Source: Mobula hypostoma (lineage: Eukaryota). Taken from it: DNA of 64,000 bases. Made by a program: the position numbers and the translations under genes. Numbering within the stretch: the first letter of the stretch is position 1; every line of letters begins with the position of its first letter. The stretch is from positions 25,360,001 through 25,424,000 of the forward strand of contig NC_086097.1 of the NCBI RefSeq assembly GCF_963921235.1, in the 5' to 3' direction. The notes under the pieces are model-generated. The model made no database searches, was not told the origin of the DNA, and saw nothing but the letters and a program-made list of their open reading frames with translations. Positions 25,001-37,295 of the stretch are shown one piece after another.

Positions 25001-26012
25001 ATTGCAGAAGGCACTACATTTTGGTGGAAATATTGTGACTAGCCCTCATGCTCCCGCTACAGTACAAGTCAGAGAAACCTGTAGACTTGGCCAATGTTAA
25101 TTTTCCAACTACAATCAACAAAGCATGCTAATCTTCAGCATGGGACAGTAGCGTAGGAGTCAGCGTAACGCTGTATAGCACCAGTTAAGGGAAGATCAGG
25201 GTTCAATCTCTGCTGTTATTTGCAATAAGTTAATACTGTATGTTCTCTCTGTGACCATGCAGGTTTCCTCCGGGCGCTCCAGTTTCCTCCCACATTCCAA
25301 AGATGTATGGGTTAGGGTTAGTAAGTTGTGGGCATGCTATGTTGGCACCGGAAGCATGGCAATACTTGTGACCTGCCCACAGGCACATCCTCAGACTGTG
25401 TTGATTGTTGATGCAAATGGCATGTTTCACTGTGTGTTTCCATGTGCATGGGACAAATAAAGCTCTTGTTGCTGACTATGACTTGTGTTTAAATATTGTG
25501 ATAGAATAGTTATTAATTAAGATCAGTAAGCAGTATAATAGTGGTAATATTATTGGTAAATCGGTAACACAACAGAGGTACATGAGCCTGATCTAACATC
25601 CATTAGCAAGGCGTGGCTACTAGGTGACAATTTCTGAGAACTGAATAAAATAAGATAGATTATCTAAAATGTAAGATTAGCTTTATTTGTCACATGTACA
25701 TTGATATATTGAAATGTACAGCGAAATGCACCGTTTTGCATCAACGATCAACACAGTGCAAGGATGTGCTTGGGCAGCCCTCAAGAGTCATCACACTTCC
25801 GGCATCAACATAGCATGTCCACAACTTACTAATCCTAACATTAACCGTGGATCGTTGGAATATAGAAGGAAACTGGAACACCAGGAGGAAACCCATGTGG
25901 TCATGAGAAGAACGGACAAACTCTTTACAGAAAGCTGAGGGAATCAGACTTTGAATGGTGACTCTTAGCGCTATAGAGTGATTGCGCTAACTGGTACACT
26001 ACTGTGCCACCC
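22015..26012. mobile_element. Cluster of tRNA-derived V-SINE-like copies (about 22015-22215 -, 22630-22920 +, 23415-23740 -, 23790-24045 +, 25140-25462 +, 25672-26012 -)
   Basis: Shared V-domain gggtttcctccgggtgctccggtttcctcccacattccaaagac and tail gtacatgtgacaaataaagc. Further copies at about 12890, 35281, 37105, 51865, 58505, 59600. Confidence 0.8.
24253..24271 (-). promoter_or_regulatory. CTCF-like motif (CCACCAGAGGGTGC)
   Basis: Minus strand ttCCACCAGAGGGTGCtaag resembles the CTCF core CCACCAGGGGGCGC; lies in an apparently TE-free stretch. Confidence 0.5.
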
Positions 26013-26484
26013 TTAATTCACCAGAACGCAAGAAAAAAATAGTAAGAATGTGCCCCGCAAGCTCTCCTTAGCATTCAATATGATCAAGGCTGACCTGTCC
26101 CAGGACTTACCTCCTCTTCTGTGCAATCTCCCATTGCCCTCACTTCCCCAATCTTTCAAAAACTGATCTACTGATCTTTAAATACTTCCAATGGTCTCAC
26201 TGCCGTGACTTCCAGGGCAAAAGGTCCCAGAGATTCACCACCCTCTGTAAGAAGAAATCCCTACACACATCAGTTTTAAATACACACCTCTATCTTGTAA
26301 CTCTGTCTCCTTATTTGAGGCTTACCCACTAGTGAAAACATTTCAATATTTATTCCCCCCTCCTGTCTACCTCGTTATGATCTTGCACTTTATCATTTAC
26401 CTACACTGCACTTTTTCAGTAGCTTTTACACTTAATTCTGCGTATTTATTTTTAACGTATCCTAGCTCAATGCAGTATGCAGTA

Positions 26485-27273
26485 CTGTGGATTCTGGTTA
26501 ATGGGACACATCGGGACCAGTACATTTTGACCCAATTAAGTGGCTGGCTCAAATAACCAAAGTTTCACAGAAATAGTTAAAAGGGTATAAAAAAGACAAA
26601 TTACCATTTAACTGATTAAGAAGTGATGCATTTAAATCAAATACTGAACAAATTGGAACACTACAAATACTACTACAGTATTATTAGAACTGTGTATTAG
26701 TTCCTAATAGTTATCAACGGAGGAATACATCCAGTGTATGCTGCTGTGTTAACTGTAAATGAACAAAATCACCGCAGACATCTAGCGCAGATAATGGACT
26801 ACCTTCATACAATGCTTTCGACAATTGCATCTTCCAAATCTTCATTTTCATTGTAACATTCAAGATGATTGTCAATACCTTCAAATTCTTCTTACTCCCT
26901 TACTTGTTAAAGTAGTGAAATCATTTCATTTTCACTCCTAGCCGTTTCTGGCATCTCTAGCCAGTTCTGATTTGTCTTACTGTTTATTTCTCGCCAACTA
27001 TCAGTGACAAAAATCACTGCTTTTTGAACATAAACATGTGCAACTGATGCTATTTAAAAACTGTTCACTCAAAGCACAGTGTAAAGTCTAACGGCCAAGC
27101 AAGTAAATATGACTGACGTCAGTTAGAAACCGTTCAGCCTCTTGTCCCAATTAAGCCGCAAATAAATGAAGGGAATCCCAGCTATTTTCTCAATTAGCTT
27201 TTGTTCTTTTAGAGTTGTCCCAAATAAGTGGCTGCCCTGATCAACTGATGACCCAATTAACCAGAATCTACTG
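26485..27273. mobile_element. Tigger/pogo-like non-autonomous DNA transposon (789 bp)
   Basis: TA|CTGTGGATTCTGGTTAATGGG ... CCCAATTAACCAGAATCTACTG|TA inverted termini, TA TSD, subterminal cccaattaag repeats. Confidence 0.85.
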
Positions 27274-27940
27274 TATATCTTTTCCTAAATAAGGGGACCA
27301 ATACTGTTCACAGTACTGTGGATGTGACCTCACCAATATTCTGCCAATTGTACATAAAGCAGTACAGCACAGTATGAGCCCTTCAGTACTTGATGCTCTG
27401 CTGACCTATATAAACTTACTGCACCATCAATCTAACACATCACTCCTATACAGTCCATAACCCACACAAAATGCTGGTCAGGCAACATCTATGATAAGTC
27501 CTGATGAAGGGTCTCAGCCTGAAACTATGACTGTTTATTCTTTTCCATAGATGCTGCCTCACCTGCTGAGTTCCTCCAGCATTTTGTGTGTTAGGTGTTA
27601 ACCCTAACCCAAATCTACAGATTTTCTTGTATTTGCAGCCCATAACCTTCCATGTTTTTTTTTTAACATTTATGTACCTATCTAAGAGTCTTTTAAGTGT
27701 CCCTATTGCGTCTGCCTCGACCACCACCCGTGGCAGTGGATTCCAAGCACATACCATTTTTCTGTGACAGAAGTCTACTTCTTACATTCCCCCTATACTT
27801 TCCTCCACTCATCTTAAACTGATGTCCTCTGGCATTGGCCTCTGCCACTATGGAAAAAAAGTCTCTAACTATCCACTCAGTCTATGCCTTTTATCATCTT
27901 ATACATCTCTGTCAAATCACCCCTTAACCTCCTTCGCCCC

Positions 27941-28448
27941 TGTCATGTGTGACACCAAGCAGAGCTGCAGGACGGATGATGCTAATGAGAGAGATAACGG
28001 AAGACAATGGAGAAACATTCAAAATGCTAATAAGAGAGAAGAGAGATTAACGAGAAAGAAACACAATTCCGATGTTGGCGTCTGCGACAGGCCGTTTGCT
28101 TTGAACCTGAACTGTTTGAAGTTTGATGGACAGGTGATACCCCAGCAGGGGGATAAAAATAGCAGGTTTGCTAAGGCACGGGACACACGCCTCGAGACCC
28201 TGGAAAGAGCAGTGTGCCCCACAAGGTGGTGGGAGTTCGGAGTTCGGTTCGCGGGAATCGGTCAGAGGCTCACAGGGTGTAAAGGTACGATCGGTGGGAA
28301 CCTGGTGTGTGTCCGCCCTTGCCTGGGTGCCGGGTTCACCACGGAAGAACGATCACATCCGAAACGGAGGGGCCACAGTCGGTGACCACAGCTGGATCAG
28401 AAGGCATCGAAAAGGTTTGCCTGAAACCTCAACTGTATCTCTCTCTCA

Positions 28449-28491
<43 letters not shown>

Positions 28492-28783
28492 CAACGGTAT
28501 AACAACAGTGATTACTTCGAACTGCACTAGACCAAACTGAACTCTGCTTCACTTAGACTGATCATTCTACCCCTAGACTGCAATAGAGCTTTGCTGATTC
28601 CCATTACCCTATCTCTGTGTATATGTGTATGCTATCATTGCTAACCTGTTACATTTATATCCTTGTGATTAGTATACTGTATTACTTATTTCTTTAATAA
28701 AACTTTATTAGTTCCTAGTAATCACACTCCAACGAGCATTCCATTTCTGCTGGTTTGGCAACCCAGTTATGGGGTACATAACA
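27941..28783 (+). repeat. 5' LTR of the Gmr1-like element
   Basis: TG...CA ends, TATA-like GATAAAAA at about 28152, (CT)n tract, AATAAA at 28696-28701. Confidence 0.93.
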
Positions 28784-28787
28784 TAAG

Positions 28788-28806
28788 TGGGGATATCGTC
28801 CGGGAT
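28788..28806 (+). promoter_or_regulatory. Primer-binding site, tRNA-Pro-like
   Basis: TGGGGATATCGTCCGGGAT versus the tRNA-Pro complement TGGGGGCTCGTCCGGGAT. Confidence 0.75.
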
Positions 28807-28880
28807 TTTGAACGCCAAAATTGGGACTGGGTAAATTGATTGGGTTAAAATTCCCGAAAGAAAAAGGGCAAACAGCAGAA

Positions 28881-30179
28881 ATGGAGATTGAGGAATTTCT
28901 AAAGGCGCCAACCTTGGAAGCATTAGAGGATGCCAGGAAATCAGAATTGGCAACTGTTGCAAAATGGTTGAATCTTTTTAAGGGGAAGCCGACAATGAGG
29001 AGAATGGAGATGCACAGAGCTATCATTGAGCATTATGTATCTAAGGGTGTGTTTCCCCACGGGGAGCTGGAGGTGGTGTCTATGAGCAAACCTGGTGGGG
29101 AGGCAGTGCAGCTGCAGATGGAAAAATTAAGGCTCGAACATGAGTTCCAAATGAAGCAGTTAGAATGGGAAGAGAGAGAGAAGCAGCTAGAACGAGAAGA
29201 GAAGGAGAAGGAAAGGGAGTTTGAGCTGGAGAAGTTAAGGATGGCGCTAGAGAGGGGCCAAATGCCAGACCAAGGTGGAGGGTTCAGGGCGACCCAGGAG
29301 GTTAGGTTGGTTCCCCCATTTGAGGAGGCTGATGTTGATCGGTACTTTCTACATTTCGAAAAAGTCGCTGCAAGTCAGGACTGGCCGAGGGCTTTGCTTC
29401 AGAGCTTGCTTAAGGGGAAGGCTCAGCAAGCTTACTCGGCATTGTCAGCAGAAGATGTCCAGAGGTATGATGTGGTGAAAGAGGCTATACTCAGGATTTA
29501 TGAGTTGGTCCCAGAGGCATACCGGCAAAGGTTCCAGAATGTGAGGAAGCAGTGGAGCCGCACGTATTTAGAGTTTGCCCGTGAGATGCAGATGTATTGT
29601 GAGCATTGGTGTGCCTCGAAAGGGGTCACTGGGAATTATGACAAACTGGTACAGCTAATACTGATTGAGCAATTTAAAGGTTGTGTCCCTGAAGGCATGA
29701 GGCCCTATCTAGATGAGAAAGAGGCAGGAACCTTAGCCGCAATTGCCAAGTTAGCAGATGAGTACGCGTTAACACACAAAGCAAAGTTTATCCCGAGCAA
29801 GAGCTACCAGAAGGGTAGTCGAGAGGGCGGAGAAAGTCCGCCGGCAAAGCCAGAAAGTAAGCCGAGGACTAGTGAGAAGGATAAGGAAGACAGGAAGCAG
29901 TTTGGTAGGAAGTCTCCTGGGGTCGTATGCTGTAACTGTGGGAAAGCCGGTCACATTGTATCCAGGTGTTTTGCCCCAAAGAAGGAGATGGGGAAAGGAA
30001 AAACGACGACTCCGACTGGCTGTATTGAGCCGACAAACAAACCGCTAGGGCAGAAGAGGTCTGATAGAGTTCAGGAAGGGTGCGAGAAGTTTATTTCAGC
30101 CGGATTAGTGTTGGTGAAGGAGGGATCAACCCCAGTTCCAATACGATCTGGAGAGACACTGGGGCTTGTCAGTCATTGA
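28881..30179 (+). CDS. Gmr1-like Gag ORF (coiled coil, capsid/SCAN-like region, CCHC knuckle)
   Basis: Open frame from the ATG at 28881: LVPPF..D.D.YF..FEK.A, YELVPEAYRQRF, LILIEQF, LADEY, CCNCGKAGHIVSRC. Confidence 0.85.
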   Translation: MEIEEFLKAPTLEALEDARKSELATVAKWLNLFKGKPTMRRMEMHRAIIEHYVSKGVFPHGELEVVSMSKPGGEAVQLQMEKLRLEHEFQMKQLEWEEREKQLEREEKEKEREFELEKLRMALERGQMPDQGGGFRATQEVRLVPPFEEADVDRYFLHFEKVAASQDWPRALLQSLLKGKAQQAYSALSAEDVQRYDVVKEAILRIYELVPEAYRQRFQNVRKQWSRTYLEFAREMQMYCEHWCASKGVTGNYDKLVQLILIEQFKGCVPEGMRPYLDEKEAGTLAAIAKLADEYALTHKAKFIPSKSYQKGSREGGESPPAKPESKPRTSEKDKEDRKQFGRKSPGVVCCNCGKAGHIVSRCFAPKKEMGKGKTTTPTGCIEPTNKPLGQKRSDRVQEGCEKFISAGLVLVKEGSTPVPIRSGETLGLVSH

Positions 30180-33100
30180 TCTGAAGGAGTGTGTTAGACT
30201 TTAGTGCAGAGACCGAGACTGGGGAGGTCAGTGTGATAAAAGGCATTGGGAAAGGGACTGAAGCAGTACCTTTGCACCAGATATACCTGAAAAGTGACTT
30301 GGTCTCTGGACCGGTCACGATAGGGGTGAGGCCCAAATTACCGATGGAAGACTTGGAGGTCTACTCGGTAACGACCTTGCAGGTGGAGATGTGTACCCAG
30401 CAGTAAAGCTGACAAGCAAGCCTGCCAGGACTGAGGACCCGCCCATGGACTCACAGGATTATCCCGTTTGCGCAGTGACTCGGCACATGTCCAGAAAGGC
30501 TGCCGAAGCGAATGTAGATTTAGTTGAGACGTTTTTACCGGCCTTGTACCAGGAGGGGTTAGAAAGTGAGAAGAAGGAGCATAGTGGAGCGGAAGGAAGT
30601 GAGGGAGTTGAGGTAGATTTATCATTGGCAAGGAAGGAATTTATACAGGCACAGGAACAAGACGAGGAGCTGATGGTTTTGACGGAGACAGCTCTCTCTG
30701 AAGCAGAAATAAAAAGGGAACCGGTGGGCTATTATGTGAAGGAGGGAGTACGGATGAGGAAGTGGAGACCAAGTACGTGCCCACAGATGAGGAGTCGGGG
30801 GTGGTACACCAGGTGGTAGTGCCGAAAATTTATAGGGACGAGATTTTTAACCTGGCCCACAAGATACCCCTCGGTGGACATTTTGGGGTGAGGAAAACAG
30901 TTGATAGAATTATGAAAGAGTTTTACGGGTCGAACATGAGGAAGGATATTATTGAATATTGTAGATGGTGTCATACCTGTCAGGTGGTAGGAAAGCCGAA
31001 TCAGGTCCTGCCTAAAGCGCCCCTTCGACCGATACCCGCTTTTGGGGAACCTTTTTCCCAAATAATTGTGGATTTTGTCAGTCCCCTGCCCAGAACTGCA
31101 AGTGGGCGAGAGTATGTGATGACTATGATGTGCACCGCCACCAGGTTTCCGGAGGCGGTGCCCCTGGCAAGCATCAAGGCTCCCGCAGTGGTAAAGGCGC
31201 TTGTGAAATTTTTCACTATGGTGGGGTTGCCAAGGGAAATTCAGTCAGATCAGGGGAGTGTCTTCACATCTCACATATTCCAACGGATGTTGGATGAGAG
31301 GGAGCAAAGCAGATTTTGGCCTCCGTGTACCACCCGGAGTCCCAAGGGGCGTTGGAAAGATTCCACACAACATTAAAGACCATGATTAAAACTTATTGTC
31401 AAGAGGACACAAGAGGATGATGCCTTGCCTCTCTTGTTATTTGCCGTAAGGGACACGGTTCAGGAGTCATTGGGGTTCAGCCCATTCAAGCTCGTCTTCG
31501 GTCATCGACCCAGAGGACCTCTGACCTTACTGAAAGAGCAATGGTCCAGTCCGACAGTACAAGTCAATGTGATTGATCATGTTTTAAAATTTTGTGAGAG
31601 GGTTAAAAGGATTTGTGACCTTGCCAAAGAAAATCTACGAAACTCCCAAACAACAATGAAACAGTGGTATGATAGACGTGCCCGCGAACAAGTGTTTCAA
31701 GTGGGCGATAGGGTCTTAGTTCTGTTTCCAGTGGTAACCAACCCCCTCCAGGCGAGATTCCACGGTCTGTACAAAGTGATTAAAAAGATAGACTCTTTGA
31801 ATTATGTTATTGAAACGCCGGACAGACGTAAGCCGACCCAATTAGTGTAGTTTAATATGTTAAAAGCTTACCACGATAAGAAAGCAGATCTAGTCGGTGT
31901 TATCACAAAAATAAATGAGGCTGGGGTGCCAAATGATAAGGGGAAAACCCATCTTGAAAAGATAAATATGGTGCCGACCGGATTGGAGAACTCTATTGTT
32001 TTGGCCAACTTTGTTGATGTCTCTCACTTAACCCCTGAACAGAGCGAGCCGCTGATAAAGCTAATTAACCGGCATGCAGATGTATGTCCGGATGTACCGA
32101 GGCGATGCAAGGGGACGCTACATGATGTTGTTGTTACATCAGATCAGCCTATTAAGCAACACCCCTATAGGATGAACTTGGAGAAGGGCAAGCTAGTGGC
32201 GAAAGAGATTGAACACATGCTAGCCGCAGGTATTATTAGGCCATCCAAATTGGAATGGGCTTCTCCCTGTGTGGTTGTCCCGAAACCCAATGGGAGCGTA
32301 CGATTCTGTACAGATTACAGAAAGGTGAACGCCATCACAAAATCTGATGCTTACCCCATCCCTAGGGTGGACGATTGCATCGATAAAGTGGGGAGAGCTA
32401 AGTACATCTCAGAGATCGATTTGCTGAAAGGGTACTGGTGTGTTCCTTTAACCGACCGGGCTAGAGAAATCTCAGCATTTGTCACTCCATCCGGGTTATA
32501 CGAGTATAATGTTTTACCTTTTGGCATGAAGAACGCCCCAGGGACCTTCCAAAGGATAATTAATTCAGTGATAAGAGGGTTAAAGAACGCAGAATTGTAT
32601 ATTGACGATTTAGTGGTCTGGAGTGACACGTGGGAGGAGCACATTGTGGCAGTAGGGGAACTGTTTAAACAGCTGTCTGAAGCCAACCTGACAGTAAACC
32701 TCGCGAAAAGTGAGTTCGGCCACGCTAAGGTCACTTATCTGGGGTATGTGGTAGGACAGGGGCAGCTGGCACCGATGCAGGCTATGGTGCAGGCTATCTC
32801 TGAAGTTCCCATCCCGATGGACAAGAGAGCCTTGAGAAGGTTCTTGGGGATGGTGGGGTATTATCGGAAGTTTTGCAAAAACTTTGCAGATATTACCCTC
32901 CCTCTTACTAAGCTCTTGCCGAAGAATGATAAGTTTGTGTGGAAAGACCTTTGTCAACAAGCCTTCGAGAGTCTGAAGGCGAGTCTGTGTCACCACCCTG
33001 TATTGAATGTGCCTGACTTTTCAAAACCCTTCTCCCTAGCAACGAAGCGGCAGGGGCGGTGCTGTTGCAGACAGAAAAAGAGGAGATTGAACACCCGGTG

Positions 33101-33388
33101 GCTTATTTTTCTAAGAAGTTTAATGTCCATCAGAGAAATTATTCTACTGTGGAGAAGGAATTACTGGCAATCATTCTGGCATTACAACATTTTGAGGTTT
33201 ATATTTGTCCGGCACAGAAACCACTGATAGTTTACACTGATCACAATCCATTAGTGTTTTTGGCCACAATGAAGGATAAAAACAAATGCTTGTTAAGTTG
33301 GAGCCTGGTATTACAGGAATTTGATATTAAGATAAAACATATAAAAGGAACTAACAATGTGATTGCTGATTGTCTGTCCAGGTGTTAA
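30146..33388 (+). pseudogene. Gmr1-like pol, frameshifted: protease (DTG at 30155), integrase (about 30760-31850), RT (YIDD), RNase H
   Basis: IWRDTGACQSL; H..PLGGH...C..CQ; IIVDF, QSDQG, ALERFH; FHGLYKV; RFCTDYRKVN, PFGMKNAP, YIDD; EKELLAI, TDHNPL, ADCLSR. Several frameshifts and stops. Confidence 0.92.
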
Positions 33389-33509
33389 AACTTAAAGTTC
33401 TCTGTATTAGCTGAATAGCTGACGACTACCTGTATATTAGTGTGTATCTTATAATGTGCACTCATGCCCATAATTTTTACCTCGGTAAAAATCCTTTTAA
33501 GGGTGGGGG

Positions 33510-34015
33510 TGTCATGTGTGACACCAAGCAGAGCTGCAGGACGGATGATGCTAATGAGAGAGATAACGGAAGACAATGGAGAAACATTCAAAATGCTAAT
33601 AAGAGAGAAGAGAGATTAACGAGAAAGAAACACAATTCCGATGTTAGCGTCTGCGACAGGCCGTTTGCTTTGAACCTGAACTGTTTGAAGTTTGATGGAC
33701 AGGTGATACCCCAGCAGGGGGATAAAAATAGCAGGTTTGGTAAGGCACGGGACACACGCCTCGAGACCCTGGAAAGAGCAGTGTGCCCCACAAGGTGGTG
33801 GGAGTTTGGATGACCGGTTTGCGGGAATAGGTCAGAGGATCACAGGGTGTAAAGGTACGATCGATGGGAACCTGGAGTGTGTCCGCCCTTGCCTGGGTGC
33901 CGGGTTCATCACGGAAGAACGATTGCATCCGGAATGGAGGGGTCACAGTCGGTGACCACAGCTGGATCAGAAGGCATCGAAAAGGTTTGCCTGAAACCAA
34001 CAGCATCCATCTGTC

Positions 34016-34079
<64 letters not shown>

Positions 34080-34391
34080 CCCACCCCCCCGCCCCCCAAC
34101 GGTACAACGACAGCGATTACTTCAAACTGCACTGGACTGAACTGAACTCTGCTTCACTTAAGACTGATCATTTTACCCCTAGACTGCAACAGAGCTTCGT
34201 TGATTCCTATTACCCTATTTCTGTGTATATGTGTATGCTATCATTGCTAACCTGTTACACTTATATCTTTGCAATTAGTGTACTGTATTACTTAATTCTT
34301 TAATAAAACTTTATTAGTTCCTAGTAATCACAGACTCCAACACGTGTTCCATTTCTGCTGGTTTGGCAACCCAGTTACGGGGTACGTAACC
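33510..34391 (+). repeat. 3' LTR of the Gmr1-like element
   Basis: Direct repeat of 27941-28783 following the PPT; terminal CA changed to CC. Confidence 0.93.
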
Positions 34392-35060
34392 CTCCAAAGA
34401 GAAAAGCCCTCACTCATTCAACCTTTCCTCATGAGACATGATCTCCAGACAGCATCCTGGTAAATATCTTCTGTGCCCTCTCTAAAGCTTCCACATCCTT
34501 CCTATAATGAGGTAACCTGAACTGAGTGTGCTATAACCAGGATTTTATAGAGTTGCAACGTTATCTTGCAGCTCTTGAACTCAATCCCACAACTAATGAA
34601 GACCAAAGCACATACACCTTCTTAACTCCCCTATCACCCGCATGGCACCATTCAGGAATCTATGAAGTTGGAGCACAAGATCCCTCTGTTCCTTCACACT
34701 GCTAAGAACTCTGTCATTAAGCTTGTACTCTGCCTTCATTTAATCATTAAGATTTTATCATTTCATTTTTTTTGTATTGTATTCCATCTGCCACTTCTCC
34801 CCCAGCTCTATAACCTACGACGATTCCACACTATCCACTACACCACCAACCTTCATGTAATTTGCAAGTTTATTAACCCACTCTTCCACCCACTCAACCG
34901 AGATATTTATAAAAATCACAAAGAGCCAGGGTCCCAGAACTGATCCGCACAGAATACCACTAGTCACTGACCTCCAGGCAGAATCTATCTACCACCACCA
35001 TTGCTTTCTGTGGGCAGGCCAACAGTAAATCCATGCAGGCAAGATTCGATGGAAACTTAT
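34392..35060 (-). mobile_element. CR1 host copy (continues 27350-27940)
   Basis: CR1 motifs resume exactly across the Gypsy insertion. Confidence 0.8.
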
Positions 35061-35559
35061 TTATTGGTACTTCTAAGCTTCATCCCCCTTGCTCAACATG
35101 GAATTTTTTCTTCCCAGCAAGTAGCCCGCACCTTCTTCCAGGGAGTAGAATCCATCAGTGCGGGGATAAGGAATAATAATGTGAGAAGGCATGAGTAGGA
35201 TATACTCTGCCCCAGACAAAGTGATCTAGTCTTATACTGAGTATTAACAGGAAAATAATGGAATGTAACAAACATAATTTGGGGCGGCTCGTTTATGTAG
35301 CAAATAGTGCATCGCTTTAGAGCGCCAGCAACTGGGGTTCAATTCCCACTGCTGTCTGTATGTTCTCCCCGTGAGTTCATACATCCTCCCTGTGACCGCG
35401 TGGGAATCCAGCAGGTGCTCCGGCTTCCTCCCGCAGGTCAGTGAGTTAATTGGTCACATGAGCACAATTGGGTGGCACTGGCTACCAAATGGGCCGCAAA
35501 GACCTGTTACAATGCTGTATCTCTAAAAAAAATCTTAAGGGGCTTATTCTCCACACAAA

Positions 35560-37100
35560 CTGAGCAAGTCAAGTTGGTGAAGATAGCTTTAGAATGTACC
35601 TTCTGAACCTCTGCACTGACAGTACCAATGGAAGACAGCATGTCCTGGGTAATGGGGGTCCTTAATAATGGTCATTGCCTTTCTGAGTCACCGCTCCTTG
35701 AAGATGTCTTGGATACTAGTAGCCAAGATAGAGCTAATTTTACAACTTTCTGAAACTTCTTTCAATCTTGTGCAGTAGCAGACAATGATGCAGCCTGTCA
35801 GAATGCTCTCCACTGTACATCTGTAGAAGTTTTTGAGAGTTTCAGCTGACAAACCAAACCTCTTCAAACTCCTAAGGAAATATAGCCATTGCCCTGCCAT
35901 CTTTATAGCTGCATTGATATGTTAGGATCAGGTTAGATCCTTAGAGATCTTGACACCCAGGAACTTGAAATTGCTCACTCTCTCCACTTCTAATCCCTTT
36001 ATGAGGATTGGTTCATGTTCCCTCATTTTACTGTTCCTGAAGTCCACAATCAGCTCTTTGGTCTTACTGATGTTGAGTGCAAGGTTGTTGCTGATACACC
36101 ACTCCACTAGCTGGTATATCTTACTCCTGTACGTACTCTCGTCTAAATCTGAGATTCTACCAACAATGACTGTGTCATCAGCAAATTTATGGCTAGTATT
36201 TAAGCTATACATAGCCACACATTCGTGGATCTAGAGGGAGTAGAGCAGTGGGCACAGCACACACCCTTGAGGTGCACCAGTGTTGATTGTCAGAGAGGAG
36301 ATATTATTACCAATCTGCACAGAGTGTGGACTTCCTTTTAGAAAGTTGAGGCACGGGTTCAGTAGCTTATTGATCAGGACTATGAGAATGATGGTGTTAA
36401 ATACTGAGCTATAGTCAACAAACAGCATCCTGACATGGTGTTTGTATTGTCCAGGTGATCTAGGGCCGTGTGAAGAACCATTGAGATTGCATCTGCCATA
36501 GGCCCATTGTGGCAAAAGGCCAGTTACAGTGGGTCCAGGTCTTTGCTGAGGCAGGTGTTGACCCTAGCCATGACCAACCTCTCAAAGCATTTCATCGCCA
36601 TAGATGTTAGTGCTACTGGGTGATCATCATTAACGCAGCTCACATTATTCTTCTTAGGCACTGCTATAATTGTTGGCCCTTTTGAAGTAGGTGGGAACTT
36701 CCAACCATAACAGTGAAAAGCTGAAAATGTCCTTGGATACTCCCACCAGTTAGTTGGCACAAGTTTTCAGAGCCTGACCAGGTACTCCATTGGGGTGTGC
36801 TGATTTGTGAGGATTTACCCTCCTGAAAAACAGCCTGACATCAGCCTTCGAGACAGAGATCACAGGGTCACTGGGTGCAAAGGGATCTTCACAGTAATAG
36901 ATATATTCTCCCGTTCAAGCAGACATAGAAGGCATTGAGCTTGTCTGGTAGTGAAGCATCATTGCCATTCATGCTATTGGATTTCGCTTTGTAGGAAGTA
37001 ATATCCTGCAAACCCTGCCAGAGATGATGTGCATCTGATGTCACGTCCAACCTCACTCAGGATTATTTCTTCATTCTTGAGGTAGCCCTCCGTAAGTCAA
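35560..37100 (-). mobile_element. Degenerate Rex/Babar-type LINE RT
   Basis: Minus-strand ORF fragments [56 protein letters not shown]. Confidence 0.85.
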
Positions 37101-37295
37101 TATGGAGATTATGAATTCTCCCTGTGACCACATGGGTTGCCTCCAGCTGCTCCAGTTTATTCCCACATTCCAAAGACATATGATTAGGGTTGGGGATAGT
37201 AAGTTGTGAGCATGCTATGTTGGTGCCACAAACAAGGCGAGGTCACAGGGTCATATAAAGATACAGTAAAGAGACAGGGCCTTCAACCTGTCTAG

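Larger units (their letters stand above)
27941..34391 (+). mobile_element. Full-length degenerate Gmr1-clade Ty3/Gypsy LTR retrotransposon (gag-PR-INT-RT-RH)
   Basis: LTRs 27941-28783 and 33510-34391, tRNA-Pro-like PBS, PPT AAGGGTGGGGG at 33499-33509, 4-bp TSD CCCC/CTCC. It splits a minus-strand CR1 (ctccttcg|ctcc|aaagagaaaagccct). Confidence 0.95.

Noticed and set aside
27822..28540. ORFs of 77-187 aa in the LTRs (also 33442-34145)
   Set aside because: Non-coding LTR and (CT)n read-through; the frames are not conserved between the LTRs.
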